Source: Spirogloea muscicola (taxonomy: Eukaryota). From it: DNA of 63,764 nucleotides. Each line of letters starts with the position of its first letter. The first letter of the stretch is position 1. The stretch covers positions 1 through 63,764 of the forward strand of contig WELB01000021.1 in the NCBI GenBank assembly GCA_009602725.1. The letters run 5' to 3'. Under the pieces are notes generated by a model that was not told where the DNA came from, ran no database searches, and saw nothing but the letters and a program-made list of their open reading frames with translations. Position numbers and translations under genes: made by a program. Positions 1 to 12,015 of the stretch are shown here, one piece after another.

Positions 1-9
1 CGCCGCACA

Positions 10-47
<38 letters not shown>

Positions 48-48
48 A
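1..48. repeat. (GCC)n microsatellite
   Basis: Near-perfect GCC run. Similar runs occur at the 5' ends of most genes in the window and at single-N joins. Confidence 0.9.
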
Positions 49-442
49 GCTGCAGTTCGAATCTTGGCGCCCTGGCCAGCTAGCCGTTACGGGAGCTCTC
101 AACCCGCCGTTAAAGCTCCGCCGTCAACGGTAACAGAAACCCCCCCTGCTAACGATGCCGTTAACCCGGCACCCGGCCGTGAGGACCACGTGGCACCGAC
201 GCCGGCCGGCGTCACCGGCTGCCGTCACAGCGTCACCGTCAGGCCCAAACCAACGTCACCAATGGCGTCAGCTGACGTCATCACCTCCGTCACCTGACGC
301 CCTCCTCATAAACCCCTCCAAGGCCGACACACCTGCCAAAACCCTGCGGGCCCCGCGATTCACGGCGGGCGCCTCGGCGGCGACGGCGGCGGCGGCGGCG
401 GCGGCGACGACGGCGGAGTCGCTGCCGCGCCGCTTGGGGTCT

Positions 443-476
443 GGGTTTTAGGGTTTTGATGGCTTAGGGTTTGGGG
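443..476 (+). promoter_or_regulatory. Telo-box (TAGGGTTT) pair just upstream of an ATG; site-II-like GGCCCA at ~242
   Basis: TAGGGTTT at 449-456 and 465-472, immediately before ATG 482. Telo-box plus site II is an established plant promoter module. Confidence 0.5.
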
Positions 477-481
477 CGGCG

Positions 482-523
482 ATGGTGAAGGCCGTGCGGG
501 TCCACCAGTGCGGCGGCCCGGAG
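482..523 (+). CDS. First exon of a quinone oxidoreductase (zeta-crystallin/MDR family); remainder not found in window
   Basis: MVKAVRVHQCGGPE followed by a GT donor matches the typical QOR N-terminus (MVKAIRVHxxGGPEV). A single N follows at 540. Confidence 0.65.
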
Positions 524-1237
524 GTGGGCGCCGCCGCCGNGCAAGAAGACAAGAGAGGGCGACACGGGAGGGCCCGGCCCGCGCGAGGCAGGGGGAGGGA
601 GGGGGTGGGGATGCGATCCTCCGTATCGGCTGCGCTACCCGCCAATAGAGGCTCGCGTCGGGACGCGGGCCCGTACGGAGACCAGCGCGGCAGCCTCGAG
701 GGGACGACACGTGTCCCGTTCCGCGGGTGAATGACCCGCTACGTGACACGAGGAGCCGCCGCTTTGCCCTCGACCAGGTTTGTCGTTTAGTGGTCGGGCC
801 CGTCGCGAAGCGCCGGGGCGCTCGGCTTGCGACCACGTGTCGCGCCGGCTGGAGGCGCCGCAGCGCCCGCACGTGGGCGGGCCCCCCCCGGTCGCCTTCC
901 GCCCGCGCTGGCAATCCTCTCGGGATCCCCGCAGAAAGGCGGAAAGAGGTCAAGGGTTCGACTCCAGGAGTCGACGTCCGGCAAAAAGTAACAAAGCATT
1001 TTGGAGTTGTATGTATATTAAGAGCCGATTCACACAGGGTCGGTCGGACGCGGCCGAGGGTCACGTGTCGCGCGTTGTATGGACGTTCCGGGTCAAACAT
1101 GGCAATTCGAGGCCAATTTGCGGCCGACCGATTCGGTGTGAAGTGGCCCCTAAGTGATGGATTGCACGGCTTAGTACGGAGCACAGTAACAGATGTACAT
1201 CACCTGCTCCTAAGCTGACGTTCAGCGTGGTCCTGCA

Positions 1238-1278
1238 CCCAGAACCCCGCCTGCACTACCCAGAACCCCGCCTGCACT
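1238..1278. repeat. ~21-bp tandem duplication (CCAGAACCCCGCCTGCACT)
   Basis: Two adjacent near-identical copies seen directly. Confidence 0.85.
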
Positions 1279-3363
1279 GCCACCAAGCGACAGACCTTGT
1301 GCACTGCAACGCCCGCGCTCTGCTTAACACAGGTTCTCTGGAGTGGGACTGCCGCACACCTGCTCCCGGTACGTGTATTCGTACCTCCCTTTGGTGGTAT
1401 TTTGCATAGGGAAGTTGTGTGAAGATGTTTAAGTAAGAGGTCGTCAACCTGCTGTCAAGGGGTTCAGGCTTTACACACTGTCTGGTCTTTCCTGTTGATT
1501 GCAGCCTTGAGGAGGTCTGCCAAGTCAAACATTGCCTTCTGACCCCTTAGTCCAGCATCTGAGCACTTTCTTGTGCTAGTTGACCGCTTGTACTTGGCCG
1601 TTTTTGTTGTTCAGCGCAGCCCCTCAAGAGATGCTCTGCCTTACTAACATGAGGAGCGTCGGACATGTGAGGCTTGAGAGCAAACAAGTAGCCAGACTCT
1701 TGAGTCTGAAAGACTCCTACCTTAATGGCCACCATGGCTATGTGACGATGCCCACGCCCAATCGATGTTCAAAAGCTTCGATCTTACGAACTATTATCTC
1801 TAATTTTCATCTCAAGTAGGATGATACTTAGCTCTTGTGCTGAGATGCCTTGCATACAATCGTGGGTTGATTTGCAGGAGACGATTACCAGACTAGTTGA
1901 GTAGGAACTTAGCATTTCTTAGACTCCACCGTGCAACTTGAAGCACATAGCAGCTACTTGTCTTGTCATCAAATAGTTGCACAATAATGGTCGAGTAAGG
2001 AAACAAAGACCGGCGCCTTTGCTTCCTGGAAAGTAGAAAGAATGTTTGTTGACAAAGAATGTGGTTTTAAGCTACAAAGTGGACATCAGGGTAGGTATAA
2101 CCATGTCCGGCAGACATGGAAGTGAGCAGAAAGAGATGCATGGCCAGTGGGGGCAGCCTTTCGTGCTCAGCAAGCTCCAGAGCTTTATCTCAAGCCTAAG
2201 AAGGACTTGTTATTCAAAGATGCGGTGGTGGTGTCATTAGGTGTACCATCACAACGTGATTATGGCAAAGCTACTTGACTATGCTGAAAATCACAGAGCC
2301 CCATCCTTTGAGTGGAAGCGGACACTCACGCCTACGTTATTGGCAAGATATTGCAGTGGGGAGCCCACACGAGCTATCTTGCCTGTCGTTGCCGCATGTG
2401 GGTCAGTAGTACTGCAACTGGTACTAAAATTGATACGGTCGTCTCCCTGGCACTTCGAAGTCCTAAGCCCCTCAGTGCTCAGGCTTTAGCTCCATCTCGA
2501 AGCAGACGTTCAATGAAAGATGGACACCGGCAATTGTCGCTCATTGCGTTGGGGCCTTTGGCAGACGTTGTTGACATGTGCTCCAGGATATACATTCCGG
2601 CAAGCTGGCCTGACGATTTGCGTGCTCTCGGGATAGGTCTGCGAGATGGGACACAATGACTGACTCAAGCAATCAGATGCCATTCATACACTACATGTTT
2701 CATGCACAACAAAAGCTACAACACCCCCACAAGTAGGCCGAGGCAGCACTTACCAGCACCAGGCTCTTGTCCCCGTGAGACGGGGTGCGCGGGGTGGGAA
2801 GTGCGGCAGGCCTGGTGCAGCCAACAATCACGGACCTAAGGCCCCTGAGGAAGAGTGACACCCTGCTAAGCTGCGGCTGGCCATCCGTGAGAGACGCCTT
2901 GATCCGCTGGGCCTTCAACTGCCAATGTGCCTGTGAGGACCAGGCAAACAACGATGTAAAAGGTCTGAACTCATTATCAGGGCAGCTCGCTCTCGTTGTG
3001 TCATGCTCATCTGCTGAAGCTTTGCTTGGCAGTGAACGCTGACCATATGACTGCGGGAGGGGCTGTCCCAAGCATTCCCCAGGCTCCTTGGGCGAACCGT
3101 GGTGAGGGACATCTTGGAAGCCATCTGAGACTCGGCAACATCTGGCGTGAATGTTTTCACGCTCGTCTCCTGAGCGCGTTGCATCTGTGGGCATAGCAGT
3201 GGGCACCGGCGGGGGTCAGAAGGCCAACCAAGTAGACTGTCAAGGCTTACATGGACGAATCGATGCAGTTGTCTTATAAATCTCCAGCAGTTATAACAAT
3301 TCAAGGCTAATGTCATTGACTTGACGGTGGAAATTAGTCCATGGAGAACCATCATTCCACATG

Positions 3364-6161
3364 TCATACCTGGAAGAAGCTGAGCAGCTTCTGCGCTTTG
3401 ACGCGAACTTTGTCAGTCCCAAGCAAGCTGAGCTCCACGGCAACAGGGATGACGCGTTCCATGACGGCGGCCCGGCGCAGCACCTCGTTGGTGCTGCAGA
3501 TCCGCAGGAGCACATTGGCGGCATGCTCCTTGGACACGTTGGTGCCTTCGTCAAGGACGCCGATGAGCGCAGGGATGACGATGGCCTCGGCACAGAGTGC
3601 GGCGCGGCCCTCTGCCACGGTCGACAGCTGCGCGATGACGGCAATGGCCTTCTCTTGGATCTCAGGCTGCGCCCCGCTGACAGTAGCGAGCAAGGGCGAC
3701 ACGCCGCCTGCGGTGACAATGAGGGACTTGTTGGGGCCATGGAAAGAGAGGTTGAGCAGCGCCCAAACCGCGTCCAGCATTCCGTGTGCCGAGCTGTGTA
3801 CAAATAGCCATGGCACCGATGGCATCAGGAGTGGCAATGATAGCTGGGTCAGCGTCGCCCAGGAAAGACAGTGTGTGACTGGTGATCAACTGCCTGCAGC
3901 AGCGCAGAGGGCCTCACCTGCCGGCTGTAAGCATGGAGACGAGCGGAGGAATGGCGCCGGCGTGGCCGAGCACCGGCTTGAGCTGGTTGGACGCGGCGAG
4001 CGAGAGCACGAGCGCCGCTGCGGCCTCCTGCACCGCCACCTCTGCTGCGCTCGGCGCAAACCTCGGCTGCAGCACGTCCACGAGCTTGGGGATGCCGCCG
4101 GCCTCCACGATCGCATGCTTGTTCGCATGGCTGCTGATGGCGAGGTTGAGCAGCGCCATGATGACGGCCTCCTCGGCATGCCCGCGACAGGCGGGTGATC
4201 GCAGCAGCGCCACGAGCGCCGGCACGGCGCCTGCCGCTCGGAGCTCGTTGCGTGCCTCGCTGTCCTGCGCCATCTGCTGCACATCCTTCACTGCCTCCTG
4301 CGTACGACAACAATGGACGCCTGCTGCATCAGCCGCCATTCGCAGGCCAAGTTCTGCAGCCGAAGCGCTCGGGGGCGGTTGCCGAGCAAGTGCCGGCCAG
4401 GTGGTGGGCGCATACCACATGGGCCTCAGGACCGCCGCAGATGAGCCGCGCGACGACTGCCTCATAGGGCCCCAGCGACGGCTCCTGCTTGCCATCGCCT
4501 CCGCCATCGCTCTGCCCAGGCTTGGGGTATGTGAGCTCGAGGGCAGGCGCAGACGGTGGTGGCAGCTGCTCTTGCAGGCGGTCCTGGCGGCCAGCAGGCC
4601 AAGCGGCAGCGTGGTGATATGCGCAGCTCTCTGCAGTGGCGGTGGCCTTCGTCACAGGAGGTGCACAGCGGGGGGCCTGCCGCCGCAGCGAGACCTGGCG
4701 CAGGAGGCGCGCCGGAGGCCGGGACCGCGGCCGGGCCGCGTCGGCGGGGCAGGCGAAGAGCGCGCACGGCAGCGCCAGCCCCCGGGCCGGCGAGAGCATC
4801 GGGACCGCCAGTGCTTGCAGAGGCTGCTTGGCGGGGATTCGCGGCTCCTTGGGTGACGGTGCCCAGGTCCGGCCGCGGCGGCTGCGCTTGGCGCTCGGCG
4901 AACCGGCGGTTGAGCCGCTTCCCTGGTCGGCGTAGAACTGCGCCGCCGTGTAGAAGCCCTCGTCCTCGTCATCCGCTTCGTCCATGGTCGCCGCTGCTCC
5001 CGTCGCCGGGTGCGACGTGGGCGACAATAGCGTCATCCTCGGCGGAAACTGCATGGGCGGCTGCGGCGGCAGCTCGACGTCGGGCTTCTTGGGCGTGCGG
5101 GCGCGGGGCGGAGTCCTGGCTTTGGCCTGCGCTTCCCCGGCGTCGTCCGCTGCGACGGCAGTGAAGGCAAAGGGGCAGCTGCTGATGTCGTCGGAGACGA
5201 AGCGGAGGTCCAGCGCTGCGGGCCGCATGAAGAACGGGTTGGGCCGCGTCGAGAAGGCCGCCGGCACTGCCGTCATGGCCGGCACTGGGAAGAAGCTCGG
5301 AGGCAACGCCGCAGTGTCCTCCGGTTGCGGCGGCGACGACACCGAGGCCAAGAGGTGCAAGGCCCGCGTCGCTGGCGGCACAACCGTGCCGGCGGCCGCA
5401 ATGTGACGGCCCACGTTGGCCTTGACGGCGACGTTATTTGGCAGGCCGGAGCCGCCATGGGATAAAGGCTTGGTGGCAGCAGGCGGGGGCGAGAGGGACG
5501 AGAAGCTGGAGCCGGGGGAGGTGGCCCGCGACGCAGCAGACACGGGAGACGCGCCGCCGCTGCCGCCGCTGCTGGTTGTCGTGAAGCTCGCATCGGTGTC
5601 CATGGAGCCGCCGCCACTGGCAGCGGTGGTCACCCGCTTGAAGTAACGGTACTGGCGGCTGCGCCGGTACGGATGGCCGCCGCCGACGCGCAATGGGCTG
5701 CCGTCGTCGACGCCGGGCGCCGCTGCCACCGCCGCCTTGTTGCCGCCCCCGGCGGTAGCGAACGAGGCGCCCTCGGGGGACATCACCTCCGCCACGTACT
5801 TGGCGAACGAGGCGCCGTGCTCGCCAGCGTCGCCGCCGCTGGCGCCCGCGTCGAAGCTGGCGGAGCGCGACGACGACAGCGCCGCCACGAGCGGGAACTC
5901 CACCCACGCCGGCCCGCTGGCGATCGCCGCCGCCGCCACTGCCGGCTGGTCCGCCGGCCTGCGACAAAGCCAACGATGGAAACGTTAGCCTGCCCATCTG
6001 CGGTAGGTGGGACGGAAGGTGCTCACCAATGCAGGCGCCGCGGGAGGCCGCCATGGCGCTCACCTTCGGACGCAGCGGGTCCGCCTGGAGGAGGCGACGC
6101 CGCCGAGCATGCGGCGGACCAGCGACGGCCGGCGCAAGGGCTCGTCCATGAGGCCGTCCAT
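3364..6161 (-). CDS. Armadillo (ARM)-repeat protein with a long low-complexity N-terminus (PUB-like ARM domain, no U-box seen)
   Basis: Exons ~6161-6064, ~5959-4416, 4297-3918 and 3793-3364 join in frame through GT-AG introns. ARM motifs: AGAVPALVALL, ALLNLAISSHANKHAIVEAGGIPKLV, AGAIPPLVSML, KEHAANVLLRIC. The 3' end could continue via CAG|GTATGA. Confidence 0.8.
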
Positions 6162-7149
6162 GAGTGGCGCCGCCAAGGGCTGGCTGGCGACGGCCGCCGC
6201 CGCCGGCGCTCAAACGTTTCTCGCCGCCATCATCCCGCGCCGCTCAGCGGGCCGCTCGGCAGGCCAGCCCGGCGCCGGCCGCCGCGACGGGCTCGCTCGC
6301 TGGTGAAGGACCGCCGCCGCCGCCGCCGTCGCCGCCGCCGCNCGGGCAGGTCGGGGGCCCGTCAGGACAACAGTAGGAGGGAGGGGGGGGGGCGGGTGGG
6401 GGAGGACAAGACTCCCTCCGGGAGCAGAGGAGGGAGGGATGGTGGGTGGGAGGTGGGCCCCCCCCACCTCCCTCCGTCCCCCGTGGCTTGCCACGCTGGC
6501 CAAAGCTGCCGAATGGCACCAGCACGTCAGCCCGAGTCGAGACAGCGCGGCAGTAAGTGCCACGGAGCACGCCACATGTGCACAGACCTGTCCACGTGGC
6601 ACAACACGTGGCATGGTCTGTCCGCCACGTATGCACGGCGCAGACGGCGGCCCTTCCAGTGGCGCCACTGGGGGTGGGGTTGCTCCCTCCCAGGCTGGCC
6701 CCCCCCGGGTCGGGTGGGGTCCGGCGCGTCGTGCGTCCCATGTCTCCCGGCGCGCCCGGCGCCCCTGGTGCCAGCGAGGGTCCGACAGTTGGCACCAGCG
6801 CCGCCAAGCTCGACACGCCCAACTCTTCATTTGCTTCAGATGCAGTCCGTGGACTATTGCACCATCGGCCGGGGGTCCTCCCCTAGCGTTGCCCCGGCCG
6901 CATCCCCCCCCGGGGCCGCGGCTGTTCGGCTCCCCGGGGGCCTACCAGTGGGGGTAGCCGTGCTGTTGCACCGCCATGGCCGCCGCACCTGCCAGCTCCC
7001 GCCGAGGTTCGTTCTCATTACGGTGTTCTTCTGGGCGCCCACGACTCTCAGGCTGCTATCCGATTGGGAGAGCTGGGTTTCCTCTGATTCGTGCTATACA
7101 CGAGTAGACCTCTACTCCAACTTCCTTCGTTCTCTCGTTCTCGCTCCCG

Positions 7150-7290
7150 CGTACCTACACTCCCTCTCTTTCTCGTCCCCTTCGCTCTCTCTCCCTCTCC
7201 CTCTCACTCTCTCCCTCTACCGCCCTCTTCCTCTCCCACACCCTTTGCCCTCTCTCTCTCTCCCTCTCTCTTTCTCTCTTCACCTCTTCA
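7150..7290. repeat. CT/GA-rich low-complexity tract
   Basis: Dense (CT)n/CCCTCT repeats. Confidence 0.7.
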
Positions 7291-7569
7291 CCTCAGCCGT
7301 GCGTTGAAGCCACGCCGAAAGCTGCCGACTCCAGCGACCTCACCGCCATCCCACCTTATGGCTCTCGCAGGCGGGGCCCACGGCAGCCTCCTCAGGCCGC
7401 GGCGTGACAGCTGCCAGCCGCACTCACCTGAACGACGCCCATTGACCATTCCATCTCTTCAACAGCCCCATCTTAGTACTTCACAGCCACCGCCTCCTTG
7501 GTAGATCTCGGGGCAGGGCTTCTGGCTGGCTGTGAATTGCCAGCCCAAGAGGAGAAACTCTTACAGGGG

Positions 7570-8800
7570 GGATGGCTGTGAAAGGGCCAGCACAGAGGAG
7601 AGTAGATACCGTCTAAAGAGTCCGGAAAGAGGAAGTAGCTCTTCGAATGAGGCTGTAAAGGGAAAGCAGCTCTTGAAAGAGGGCGAGGCCTGTGGAAAGC
7701 CAGCCCCACAAAAATTTGAACAAAGCTACAACGGGCCAACCCACAAAAGAATGTCGAAGTCCACGATAGGCCAGAAGAGAATTGACGGAAGCCTCTTCCA
7801 GTCGAGGGCGATGGCCGTGATTAGCCAGCCCAGAGAGAGAAATCAGGGGCCAAATTTGAAGGGGCCAGGAAAAGCGGTGAAGCATAAGGTGAAAGTAGAC
7901 GCACCTACGCAAGCAAGCGCGGCCAGATTAACTGGTGGCTGGGAGAGGCCAGCCCAACAAAATGGACGAGGTCTGAAACGGCAGGGTGACGGGTCTCTGT
8001 AGCAGCCCGCTGATTGGGATGTCGGCTCGAGTTGGGGGAGCAGGGCCGCGCTACAGTTGGCTTGCCTACGCTGTCGTTACTGTGTCCCCATCACATGGAC
8101 CGCAAACCCCAGGCGGTAACTGATGGTGCGCACGGCCTCGCCACATCGAACGAACCCATCATTGCGCGTTGACAGCTATCTACAGGGTAATTACAGACGC
8201 TAGGCCAGCACAGTGCATCACAGGCAGGAAGCCGCTGTGCATTGCAAGATAGTTTATCTAAATACATGAACGAGTGAAGCCCATGCTGTTCCTTTCCAGA
8301 CCTTGTTCTTTCCTTTGGGCTACCCTCTCACAGCATTGCCGTACCTTGGGTGAGCTGTTTCTCTTAACTTGCCCTGCCGGCTCTCAAAGCCACTGCCTCT
8401 GTGAGCCCTTTATGTAAGCATTGCCTGTAATTCCTCGCCTCCTACTGGAAATAACGAAGGCCTATAAGACGAGGATGATGGCGGGAGAAGGGCAGCCCAA
8501 ACAGTTGATAAGAAGCGAATGTTTTCTGAAGGAGGGGGCGATGGCTGTAAAAGGCCAGCCCAGAAGCCTCCTACTGGAAGAGCTTTCTGTGGTTTAAAGC
8601 TTTCCGGCCCCTCTAGGATCTTGTTCAGATCTTATGGGCTGGTCCTCTTTCAGCGACCTGCGCTACACCTTGCCTTGTTATCGCGTTATCTTTGAAGCTT
8701 GAGTTGGCACAATACCGTGAGGTAGCTGCTTGTGCTGATGGCCGTACTGTGGAAGAGACATTTGTTCTTATGTTCTCGGGCTGGCCTTTCGCAGCCTCGC
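7570..8800. mobile_element. Cluster of degenerate CRE-type retrotransposon 3'-end fragments
   Basis: Conserved hairpin motif at ~7573, 7689, 7920-7956, 8543, 8636 and 8777. The 7920 copy (CGGCCAGATTAACTGGTGGCTGGGAGAGGCCAGCCC) matches 33221-33258 and the reverse complement of 56310-56346. Confidence 0.7.
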
Positions 8801-9242
8801 CCATTTGGAAAAGCTTCCTTCTGGTCTTGTTCTGCAGCTGCCCATCGAAAGAGAAGGCGCCCGAAGTGCGAGAAGAATGAAAGGGTGGCCAATTGAAGCC
8901 AAACGAACATTCAGGCAAATGCTAGTGCAGAAGTGGGGCTACTTAAGTTGACGCACTATGCTAAGGTGGCCTAGGTAACAAAGACAAGATAAGACAAGCG
9001 GCCAGGGGCGTTGCAACGATATGACCGAAAGTGCATGGTTCGCTTACTGTACGTAACGTGCGTTGTAGCCAATTGCGTTTCGCACGGGAGTGCCAGTTGG
9101 CGTCATCGTCACTACGGAGCCAGCGTCAGGCCAAAAGCCCCAACCCCTGACACCAGGACTGGCTTCCCCTCCCGGGGGGCCGCGGCATCCGCCGGGAAGC
9201 CCGCCGCAGATCGCGGCGGGCCGCGCGGCAGGAGCTCCGGGC

Positions 9243-12015
9243 ATGGCACCCCCGCACCGCCACCGTCGCGCGGACGCCGTCGTCGTCGGCGCCGGCCTTG
9301 CAGGACTCCAGGCGCGCTCGCTCGCCCTCGACGCCGCCGCCGCCGCCACCACCTTCGCCGACGCTGCTGCCGCCGCCGCCGCTGCCGCTGCCTGCAGCGG
9401 CTCAAAAGGCCCCGGCCCTGCGCCCGCCGCTGACCGCTGCTTGCNGCAGCGGCGGCGGCGGCGGCGGCGGCGCCCTCCTCGGCGGTCGCCCAGTCCGGCG
9501 CCTTGCCCGGCCAGTACCGCTTCACGCGCGTCTGCGCGATCTTCCCGCGCAGCTTGTCGCGCACCGCTATCGCCGCGTCCGTGACGCCCGCCGCGACCGA
9601 CATGGTGGCGGCGGCTGCGGGCGACGCCTCAGAGACTCAACGGAACGGCCAGAAGCCTCGCCTCCCCCGAGTGCCGCGCCGCCGTCGCCGCCGCCGCCGC
9701 CGCCGCCGCCGCTGCCGCCGCAACCTGCGGCATCCTCGGCCGGGAGAGGGAGCCAGAGAGCCCGCTGTCGCGCTCGCCCTTGACTCTTTGGCAGCACCCG
9801 ACCGCTACTTCCTCGGCGCCGAGCGCCGCCTGCTGACCGCCGCCGAGGCTGAGCGCCATGAGGGCCTCCGCAGTGTTCACGCCCTCTTTGGCGGCCTGGC
9901 TGAGGAGGCCTTGCCGCCGATCGGGGCAGACGTATCCATGGAGGAGTACCTGCGCGGTCGAGGCATGAGCAGCGCTCTCATGCAACTTTCTGAGTGTGAG
10001 TCTGGAGCTGCATGTGAAGCCTCCCCGATACAACCCTTTCTGCCTGTCATTGCTGGCCAGGCACCCTGTCGCGCCGCACCTATTCGCCCAGCAGCGCTTG
10101 GGCATGCCTTGTCACGAATACGCACCGTAGCCGCCTTGAAGATCAGCAGCGATGGCTGCAATGCGACTCCTGCGTCAAGTACTGCGGCCCTGACGATCGT
10201 CCCATCAATGAGTGGCGCAGCCATCTATGCCAACGACTTTGGGTGCTCCCTCGCCCACTTGGGGCTGGCGGAGTGCGTCGACGAGGCAAGGCAGTGGACT
10301 TACGGCGACTCCTACTTCCTTCTTGACCGCTCTCTTGCCGCAGTGGTCAACCACCTCCTGCACGGCCTCGAGGTCTTCCCTGCCCGTCGCCACCGACCCA
10401 CTGTGTGCTTGTACAGCGAGGCTATTTGTGTGGGCTTGACAAGCCAGCCATCTGTCTTAAGTACTGCACTAATTACCGAATCGTTCAACTGGAATCGTTC
10501 AAGCACGAGCACATTCTCCATCGCTAAATTCTGTACTTTACTATCACAAATCCCTGGTCAAGGCTGAAGCTCAGGGCTCTTAGAAGTCGTGCACTTGGCA
10601 CTCCTATATAAACAATCATTTTAGAGAGCATTCTGTGTTTTAGCTGACAGGTACCTCGGCTGTCCATCTTCGTGCTCTGATCACCACGAGCACCAGCTTG
10701 CTGCAGGTGTTTTTAAGCTGGCCCGTCGCCTCCATCTGCTACGATAGCGGCGGTGCGGTCCAGCTCCAAAGCCAGCGCGGGGAGGTTTTGCATGCCGACG
10801 CGGCCGTTGTCACAGTGCCGCTGGTAATGACAACCGCACATTGTAGCCATCATCCGTCCTGCAGTGGTCCTGCATCCTTTCTGTCCTGCATCTCGCTTGT
10901 CATGTTTGAGCTTCTCCAATGTGCTCGTTTTACATTGCTGATAGTGCCTAGGACATAGTTGCTGAGCGGTCCTGCTCTTGCTGTCCACAAGACCTGCATG
11001 TGACCCGAGGCCTGCCTTGGAAAGCCTGCAAAGCCTGATGTACATTGCCCGTTGCGACTGCAGACCATCTTGAAAGATTGCGATATTGCTTTCACGCCCA
11101 GCCTTCCTGATCGTAAGCTGAAAGCCATTCAGGCCATCAGCATGTCCACCGCAATCAAGGTACAGACAATTGTTGCATCTTGCCGGCTACTTCTGAGTGT
11201 TTTGATCTGCATGGGTGAGTCAACTAAGGTCGCGGCAAGACCCCTCCATGGAGCAGGGTTGCGGGGGGCTGCTTGCTCTGATCTGACACGTTGAGAAACC
11301 ATTGCAGGTGGTGCTCTCATTTTCTCAAAGATTCTGGCCAGAGGAATTTTTTGACGTGGTCTGCACTGAGGCATTCTTGCCGGAAATGTGGACGAGCGAA
11401 TATCCGCCAATGGCCTTGGAAGACACTGCCGATCTTGAGGTCGTCAGAACTCCACAGGCCTGCAAGACTTGGCCACTTGGGCAAGCTGTTGTGATTGGGT
11501 TTGTGGCTGGAGAAGCCGCAGCAGCACTTACCAAAGTCCCTCAAGCCGAGATTGTTGCAAACTTCCTAAGCCAGTTGACTGACGTTTTTAAAACCGCTGC
11601 CCAAAAAGATCCAGACGAATGCAGCAGCATGTCGTGGTCAGCATTGACTGCTGATGAGGAGCCTTGCTGCAGTGCTGCCATTGTGAGCAGCGATCTGGCG
11701 CAAGATCCATGCTCCGGCATCTGGGTGCTCTCGCCGGCGGCCTCATGTCTCCATGGCAGCATCGTGCGGTCGGCCTTCGTCGGCGGGTTCGTCTGCGACT
11801 GGTCAAAGGTGCCGTTCATCAGAGGTGCCTACTCGCACCCGAGTATTGGGGCACTTGGAGAGCGAGCAGTCCTAGCAGAGCCGGTCGGCAAGTCTCTATT
11901 CTTTGCGGGTGAGGCGACGCACCCAGGGGTGAACCCCTGCCTGCAGGCAGCCTTGGACACTGGGGTACGAGCTGCTCACGAGCTCTTAGAAGCTCGAGGT
12001 CTAGCATGCAGATGA
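9243..12015 (+). CDS. Flavin-containing amine oxidase (MAO/polyamine oxidase family), multi-exon, 5' part disrupted by assembly
   Basis: FAD-binding DAVVVGAGLAGL at the N-terminus; ADAAVVTVPL; LPDRKLKAI; FSQRFWP; C-terminal WSKVPFIRGAYS and LFFAGEAT...AALDTGVRAA; GT-AG bounded exons. Confidence 0.85.
9446..9603 (-). CDS. MFAP1: N-terminal fragment of MFAP1 (spliceosomal B-complex protein); truncated at N 9445
   Basis: MSVAAGVTDAAIAVRDKLRGKIAQTRVKRYWPGKAPDWA matches the conserved plant MFAP1 N-terminus (KVxRYWPGKAPEW). Confidence 0.8.

Noticed and set aside
5673..7307. Long Arg/Pro/Ala-rich ORFs, including many antisense to real genes throughout the window
   Set aside because: Expected in GC-rich sequence poor in stop codons; no domain motifs; shadows of real CDS.
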